In this document: positions 59,217-64,000 of the stretch, piece after piece
How the letters are laid out: each line of letters opens with the position of its first letter
Position numbering within the stretch: the stretch's first letter is position 1
NCBI GenBank assembly: GCA_905236715.1
Contig: CAJOMQ010000009.1
Span: forward strand, 1,562 to 65,561
DNA: 64,000 bases
Origin: an uncultured Bacilli bacterium
GTDB taxonomy: Bacteria > Bacillota_I > Bacilli_A > RFN20 > CAG-826
Direction: 5' to 3'
Notes under the pieces: model-generated
What the model was told of the DNA's origin: nothing
Database searches by the model: none
The model's input: the letters and a program-made list of their open reading frames with translations, nothing else
Position numbers and translations under genes: made by a program

Positions 59217-59265
59217 AATTTTTTTGCCAAAACTCATTTTTTTAGGCACTTTTGGCAAAATTTTT
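59217..59265 (+). repeat. 49-bp direct repeat, copy 1 (internal dyad TTTTGCCAAAA-N17-TTTTGGCAAAA)
   Basis: Identical to 60764-60812; overlaps the stop codon of the ATPase-nuclease gene. Confidence 0.92.
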
Positions 59266-60709
59266 ATAAGAACAAATCGTCTTCATCAATGACATTGACA
59301 AAATAATTTGAATAAGAATTAACCGCCAATCCCTTGGGAGTAACTATTAAAGGAAGGACAGAATATTTAGTATTGGTAACCGTGATAAAATCGGGAATCC
59401 TATATAGATAATCTTCATAAGTTTTCTTATCGATAACATATGGTGTTAAGGAATATTTCATTTCACACAAATGGATGATTTGATCGCGTCTAGCAATAAC
59501 TAAATCAATTTGATGACCCTTAATGCCTTTTTCTTCATCGGCTTGGCAGCGGAAAGAAGAAATATCCGTTGATACACCACTGATGCCAAGAGCCATCTTA
59601 ATAGCGTTCACATTTTCTAAACAGACTTGTTCAAAAGCGCGGCCTTCCCAGTTGCGTTTTTTAGGGGAATCCATAAGATTAACAAAATAGTTTTCATCAG
59701 TAGGAGGCTCTTTTAAAAATTCATAATAGAACAACGTAAAATTATCGGTTAATTGATAAATAGAACTATTTTCTTTTTTACCGAAGGGATGATATTGTCT
59801 GATGAATCCACATGATTCTAAATCATCAAGTCGCATTGAAAAATAACCATTTTTTGATAATTTTGTTTTCGTGGCGATTTCATCTCTTGTGAGGCCCATC
59901 TTCTTTTTGCTTAAAGCTTCCACAATTTGTATATAGCCTTGGTAATTTTTAAACATTGAGCGGTATAAATAATTAAATTCGCCTTTTAAAGGGGCGTTGG
60001 CTTTAAAAAATAATTCATCAATATTTTGTTCAAAACCTAAATTAGGCATGATTAAATCCCAATAATAAGCCACACCACCAAAAACCATATAATATTTCAA
60101 TATTTGATCTTTATTTAAATTCAGCTTCCGGTATATAGCGTATTCGCGACATTCTTTTAAAGTGAATGGTTTTAAATTAATCGTACATGTCACACGATTA
60201 TATAAGCCACCGCTACTATGAATCACATTATTTAAAATCCATGATGTCGCAGAAGCACAAACGATTAATACAATATCATTTCTTAATGATAACCATTGAT
60301 TATAAAATTGAGCGAAAGCATCAAGAAAATCACACTTGGGAGTGTCCATCCATGCTAATTCATCAAGGAAGATGACTTTTCTTTTGTGACCTAATTTAGC
60401 AATACAAGAATATAGCATTCGGAAGGCTCCAAACCAATCCTTCGGTACATCATAAACATCAGGAAAGTAAAAAGACATCGAATTAGCGAATGCTTTTAGT
60501 TGCACATCTAATTGTTCTTTATAATCTAATTTTTTATCTTCTTTGGGTGGCACACCAGAATGCTGAAAGGCAAAATGTTCTTTAAACATTTCTTTGACCA
60601 AAAAAGTTTTGCCAATTCTTCTTCTTCCATAGATGGCAATAAATTGATTACCTTCTTTGGCAAAAGCATTATTGAGTATTTCTTTTTCTTTTTTTCGTTC
60701 AATGAGCAT
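59264..60709 (-). CDS. 'Archaeal-type' AAA+ ATPase with wHTH and C-terminal PD-(D/E)XK (DUF234-like) domain
   Basis: Probable start MLIERKKE (ATG 60709, AAAGGTGA SD); YGRRRIGKT, IFLDE and FGGV motifs; C-terminal QIDLVI...LCEMKY. Confidence 0.88.
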   Translation of the reverse strand: MLIERKKEKEILNNAFAKEGNQFIAIYGRRRIGKTFLVKEMFKEHFAFQHSGVPPKEDKKLDYKEQLDVQLKAFANSMSFYFPDVYDVPKDWFGAFRMLYSCIAKLGHKRKVIFLDELAWMDTPKCDFLDAFAQFYNQWLSLRNDIVLIVCASATSWILNNVIHSSGGLYNRVTCTINLKPFTLKECREYAIYRKLNLNKDQILKYYMVFGGVAYYWDLIMPNLGFEQNIDELFFKANAPLKGEFNYLYRSMFKNYQGYIQIVEALSKKKMGLTRDEIATKTKLSKNGYFSMRLDDLESCGFIRQYHPFGKKENSSIYQLTDNFTLFYYEFLKEPPTDENYFVNLMDSPKKRNWEGRAFEQVCLENVNAIKMALGISGVSTDISSFRCQADEEKGIKGHQIDLVIARRDQIIHLCEMKYSLTPYVIDKKTYEDYLYRIPDFITVTNTKYSVLPLIVTPKGLAVNSYSNYFVNVIDEDDLFL

Positions 60710-60736
60710 TTTTTGATCACCTTTCTTGGTGCTTTC

Positions 60737-60765
60737 ATTATAAAACAACACGAGAGAAAAGTAAA
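60737..60765 (-). promoter_or_regulatory. Promoter TTTACT-17-TATAAT of the ATPase-nuclease gene
   Basis: Consensus -10 and 17-bp spacing; the -35 abuts repeat copy 2. Confidence 0.65.
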
Positions 60766-60812
60766 TTTTTTTGCCAAAACTCATTTTTTTAGGCACTTTT
60801 GGCAAAATTTTT
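60764..60812 (+). repeat. 49-bp direct repeat, copy 2
   Basis: AATTTTTTTGCCAAAACTCATTTTTTTAGGCACTTTTGGCAAAATTTTT, identical to 59217-59265. Confidence 0.92.
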
Positions 60813-60877
60813 TTCTTATATTATAAATATAAAAATAAGGAAATATGGAAAATAAATATTAAAGATATTTATATTAC

Positions 60878-63226
60878 TTAACGATTTTCTTTTCTTTTCT
60901 TAATTAATAAATAAGCACCATAAGATGATATAGAGAAAATAGAAATAGATAGGATGATAATAAATAAGTGATTATCACGATGGAATATATCATTGAGTGA
61001 ATAAGAAGAATATCCGTATGCAGCAGTATTCTTTCTACCGATATAATCAGTATATGAATATTTACCAATGATGATGTCATATCTAGACATCGCAATAGCG
61101 ACATCATTGGTGGTACTTCCTGTTGGTGTGACGATATCACCACTAACGGTATAAGTAGCATTGATTAATAAATCTTTTTGGCTAAGTGGGAAGATATCAT
61201 CATATAAAGAAGATAATTCATTCCATGATATGTTTAATGTAGGTGTACTATTACCAGTAGCATCACAGCTAATGGAACTGATAAATATTTGCGCATATTC
61301 TTGCGCGGTAAAAACCTTCTTATAAATATTTAATGGATAATAATTATTGGAAAGTGAATAAGTCGTAAAACGAGCATACCCATCTGAGGGATAATAAAAT
61401 TCAAGATATAAATATCCTTCGGTAATAATATCATAACCAGTGGCGTTAATATTTTCCCCGAGATTCCAAGCAGTTCCACTGCTAGATATATCATCAATCA
61501 ATCCTAAATCGTTATAAGTACCATTTTTATATCCATGTAAATAATTGGTTCCATCATAAAAGGCAAAACCACTTTCCGTATCTATGACCTTCCATGAAGT
61601 CATTAAAGATGAATCATAAGTGATTTGCTGATTAGAAATAGAAATAGTATTAGGTGTTAAATAATAATTATTTAAAACGGTATTTTTTAAAGCATAACCA
61701 GTTGTCGCGGAACGATTATTTTGCGCTACAATAATGATTTCATCACCATCTTTAATGGGGTCATCACCGGTTACTAAAGCATATTTGACATCACCAGTTC
61801 CACTAACGGTAACAACACATGTAGCGGTAAATCCACCATCAACACTGGTGACAGTAATAGTGGCAGTTCCCACTCCATTTGCGGCAATAAGTCCACTATT
61901 ATTGACACTAGCAACATCATTGTTATTAGAAACATATGTCACTTCTTTATTCGTCGCGTTATTTGGGGAAACAGTCACTTCTAATTGGCTATTTTCACCC
62001 ACAGTTAGACTAACACTACTTGGAGAAACGCTGATACCGGTAACTGCTATATCACCACTATCATCATTCCAACCATTGATGTTATCACTAGTAGGAGTGG
62101 CAACATTACCACTATTACCCCAGGCGATATCCGCCCATTCGGGGAAATCGATAAAGGGATTTCTATTATTTGTGTAATTATTATATAAAAGATTATTACG
62201 ATGAATTTCAAATTCATCCGGTGGATCAAGACGATTCCATTCTAATAAATCAGATAAGATACCAAGAGAAAAGGATTTGGTCGCACTAGAAGTACCAGTG
62301 CTACCAGAAACAATATTCGCTAAACGTAAGTCTGGATTATTGGTGTCTATCCCACTTGTGGCACCCGCTAAATTGTTATATCTAGCCGCCATATAGAAAC
62401 AGGCTCTGGCGATATCGCCTTTATCACAATCTTGGGGTTCAAACACAGTGCCACTTCCTAAAGTTTTCGAAGTACCCCATAAATTACCCGCAATAGAATA
62501 CTTTGTATAATTTTTCACATTTTGGGCATCATTATATGATTTTGATGTATCAACAAAGCCATACATCCTATTGTTATGGGGAGTGCCATTAACATATCCA
62601 TCCGCGGCCCATAGATGCATGAGGTCACCTCTGGCTCCCCCTTCACCATCGGTATCAAAACCATACGATTTGGGCCAAATATGTTCACGGTTAATACCTC
62701 CTTCATTTTGACTATGATTACCCCAAGCACGCATCGGATTATCACTATCTCTGTTGACATATAAAGCATGAACATAGGGATTACGAGAATCACTCGTACT
62801 TTCGGAAGCCACATATTCGTAATTGGTGATGGTATTAGTGCTGCTATTATAGGTGCCGTTAGTAATCGCGGAAGCGGGAGATTTTTCCCAATCACGATCA
62901 CTAATTTCATATATTTTCCAAATAGCATTATCTGTTCCGGTACCAATATCATATGCATAATATTTTTGTCCATTAGATAAAATATTTTTCAAATTGATTA
63001 AAAGATTATTACCGGTTCTTTGATTATTTGATAAAGAATTCAAAGATGAATAATAAGAACGGATATCGGAATCACTATTATCATTTAAATCAATTGTGGT
63101 TGTCACCGTTTCCGTGCTATAAGCAGAAGCGGGTTGATAATGTCTTTGCAAAGAAAGAATCGGAAGAAAACTTCCGATAAGAGACAAAGCGGACAAAGTG
63201 GTAATGAAAATATATTTCTTTTTCAT
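60878..63226 (-). CDS. Secreted, membrane-anchored endonuclease I family nuclease with an Ig-like (Big_2) domain
   Basis: Signal peptide; NREHIWPKS, DLMHLW, KGDIARACFYMAARY and NRNPFIDFPEW motifs; VTGISVSP...NATNKEVTY; C-terminal TM plus KKRK. Confidence 0.9.
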   Translation of the reverse strand: MKKKYIFITTLSALSLIGSFLPILSLQRHYQPASAYSTETVTTTIDLNDNSDSDIRSYYSSLNSLSNNQRTGNNLLINLKNILSNGQKYYAYDIGTGTDNAIWKIYEISDRDWEKSPASAITNGTYNSSTNTITNYEYVASESTSDSRNPYVHALYVNRDSDNPMRAWGNHSQNEGGINREHIWPKSYGFDTDGEGGARGDLMHLWAADGYVNGTPHNNRMYGFVDTSKSYNDAQNVKNYTKYSIAGNLWGTSKTLGSGTVFEPQDCDKGDIARACFYMAARYNNLAGATSGIDTNNPDLRLANIVSGSTGTSSATKSFSLGILSDLLEWNRLDPPDEFEIHRNNLLYNNYTNNRNPFIDFPEWADIAWGNSGNVATPTSDNINGWNDDSGDIAVTGISVSPSSVSLTVGENSQLEVTVSPNNATNKEVTYVSNNNDVASVNNSGLIAANGVGTATITVTSVDGGFTATCVVTVSGTGDVKYALVTGDDPIKDGDEIIIVAQNNRSATTGYALKNTVLNNYYLTPNTISISNQQITYDSSLMTSWKVIDTESGFAFYDGTNYLHGYKNGTYNDLGLIDDISSSGTAWNLGENINATGYDIITEGYLYLEFYYPSDGYARFTTYSLSNNYYPLNIYKKVFTAQEYAQIFISSISCDATGNSTPTLNISWNELSSLYDDIFPLSQKDLLINATYTVSGDIVTPTGSTTNDVAIAMSRYDIIIGKYSYTDYIGRKNTAAYGYSSYSLNDIFHRDNHLFIIILSISIFSISSYGAYLLIKKRKENR

Positions 63227-64000
63227 TATTGTTTATTCTTTATTTTCCGTAAGGAAATATAAGCACAGGCAAATAGCAATGCACTGATAGAAATAATAAT
63301 CACAATATTAGCAATATAATTATGCTCCGCATTATATAATGACATATTTCTATTGCTATTTAATGAATATGCGCCATTGCTATATGTGATAGTTTTCCCT
63401 TGATTAGCGGCCCAAGCATTTAATCTTGTTCTCGCTGTGGAAACAACATAATCACTAGAAGAAGAGAATGTTTCTTTTTCACTTGTGGACATGTTATTTA
63501 AATAGGAAATAGCATTATTTAATTTCGTGGCGCATTGACCTTCGGTATCTTCATACATGATGTAATTAGCGACATTTTTCGCACTATCCCCACCAACATA
63601 GGTGAAGGTGATGTTGGTTAAATACATCGCCCCACTTGCACTTCTCACACCAACATATTTATAAGAACCAGAAATGGTCAATTCTGTTGAGGTTCCCATC
63701 ACAATAGTTCCTAAAAGAGTGCCTTGTGTAGATGATGCATATAAATTCGAAGGATCAGAATAAGCAGTATTCTTGCCATAGACATTTAATGTTCTTCCAC
63801 TGGAGGTGTTGGAATTCCAGGTAACTGTAACTTTATTTAATGTTTTATCAGAAGAAGTTGTAATAATACCGGAATTGCTATTATCAGAGCGCAATTGAAT
63901 TGAACTATTTCCACCTGCTGATTGGCCAGCATAGACAACACCAGAAGTTCCGGTTTTGTTTGACCAAGAAGTATAGGTGGTTCCAGAAACACTAGTTGTG
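63226..64000 (-). CDS. C-terminal part of a large membrane-anchored surface protein (partial)
   Basis: The frame stays open to the window edge (TTSVSGTTYTSWSNKTGTSGVVYAGQSAGGNSSIQLRS...); C-terminal helical domain, TM and basic tail. Confidence 0.8.
   Translation of the reverse strand, partial: TTSVSGTTYTSWSNKTGTSGVVYAGQSAGGNSSIQLRSDNSNSGIITTSSDKTLNKVTVTWNSNTSSGRTLNVYGKNTAYSDPSNLYASSTQGTLLGTIVMGTSTELTISGSYKYVGVRSASGAMYLTNITFTYVGGDSAKNVANYIMYEDTEGQCATKLNNAISYLNNMSTSEKETFSSSSDYVVSTARTRLNAWAANQGKTITYSNGAYSLNSNRNMSLYNAEHNYIANIVIIISISALLFACAYISLRKIKNKQ

Noticed and set aside
60710-60805. N-terminal extension of the 513-aa ORF
   Set aside because: It runs through the promoter and the 49-bp repeat; the SD and family start support ATG 60709.
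1-64000. Visual impression that CCGC/GCGG words are frequent for an AT-rich sequence (Chi-like motif?)
   Set aside because: Not countable by eye, seen on both strands and explicable by Ala/Thr/Ser codon pairs; needs a codon-aware k-mer enrichment test.

Overview
AT-rich bacterial chromosomal window using the standard code (TGA is a stop). It is rich in lipoproteins and C-terminally anchored surface proteins; by inference the source is an uncultured gut or rumen member of Bacilli. Almost all genes lie on the minus strand. From left to right: a partial LRR lipoprotein; a frameshifted preA; a LacI-controlled fructan-utilisation locus (three GH32 enzymes, two stand-alone CBM38-like repeat proteins, an ABC importer and a fructokinase; 2.5-21 kb); nucleotide-sugar genes fnlA/B/C and ugd with rmuC embedded; a plus-strand ABC operon with a YwaF-ATPase fusion; a LacI-controlled alpha-glucoside/glucan locus (two GH65, two GH28-like beta-helix lipoproteins, a beta-PGM-ABC ATPase fusion; 40-58 kb); two AAA+/wHTH ATPases; and surface nuclease/adhesin genes. 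Four signals are missing from the ORF track. (1) A ~300-bp module present three times that encodes a 15-19 aa hydrophobic peptide with a conserved antisense promoter (type I toxin-antitoxin-like). (2) Two XRE-HTH/nucleotide-sugar enzyme fusions, each preceded by a related 6-3-6 palindrome. (3) A helically phased TGAACTT array over the promoter of one ATPase. (4) A perfect 49-bp direct repeat bracketing the ATPase-nuclease gene. No rRNA, tRNA, CRISPR array or transposase was seen. Family assignments come from motif recognition by eye, not from database searches.
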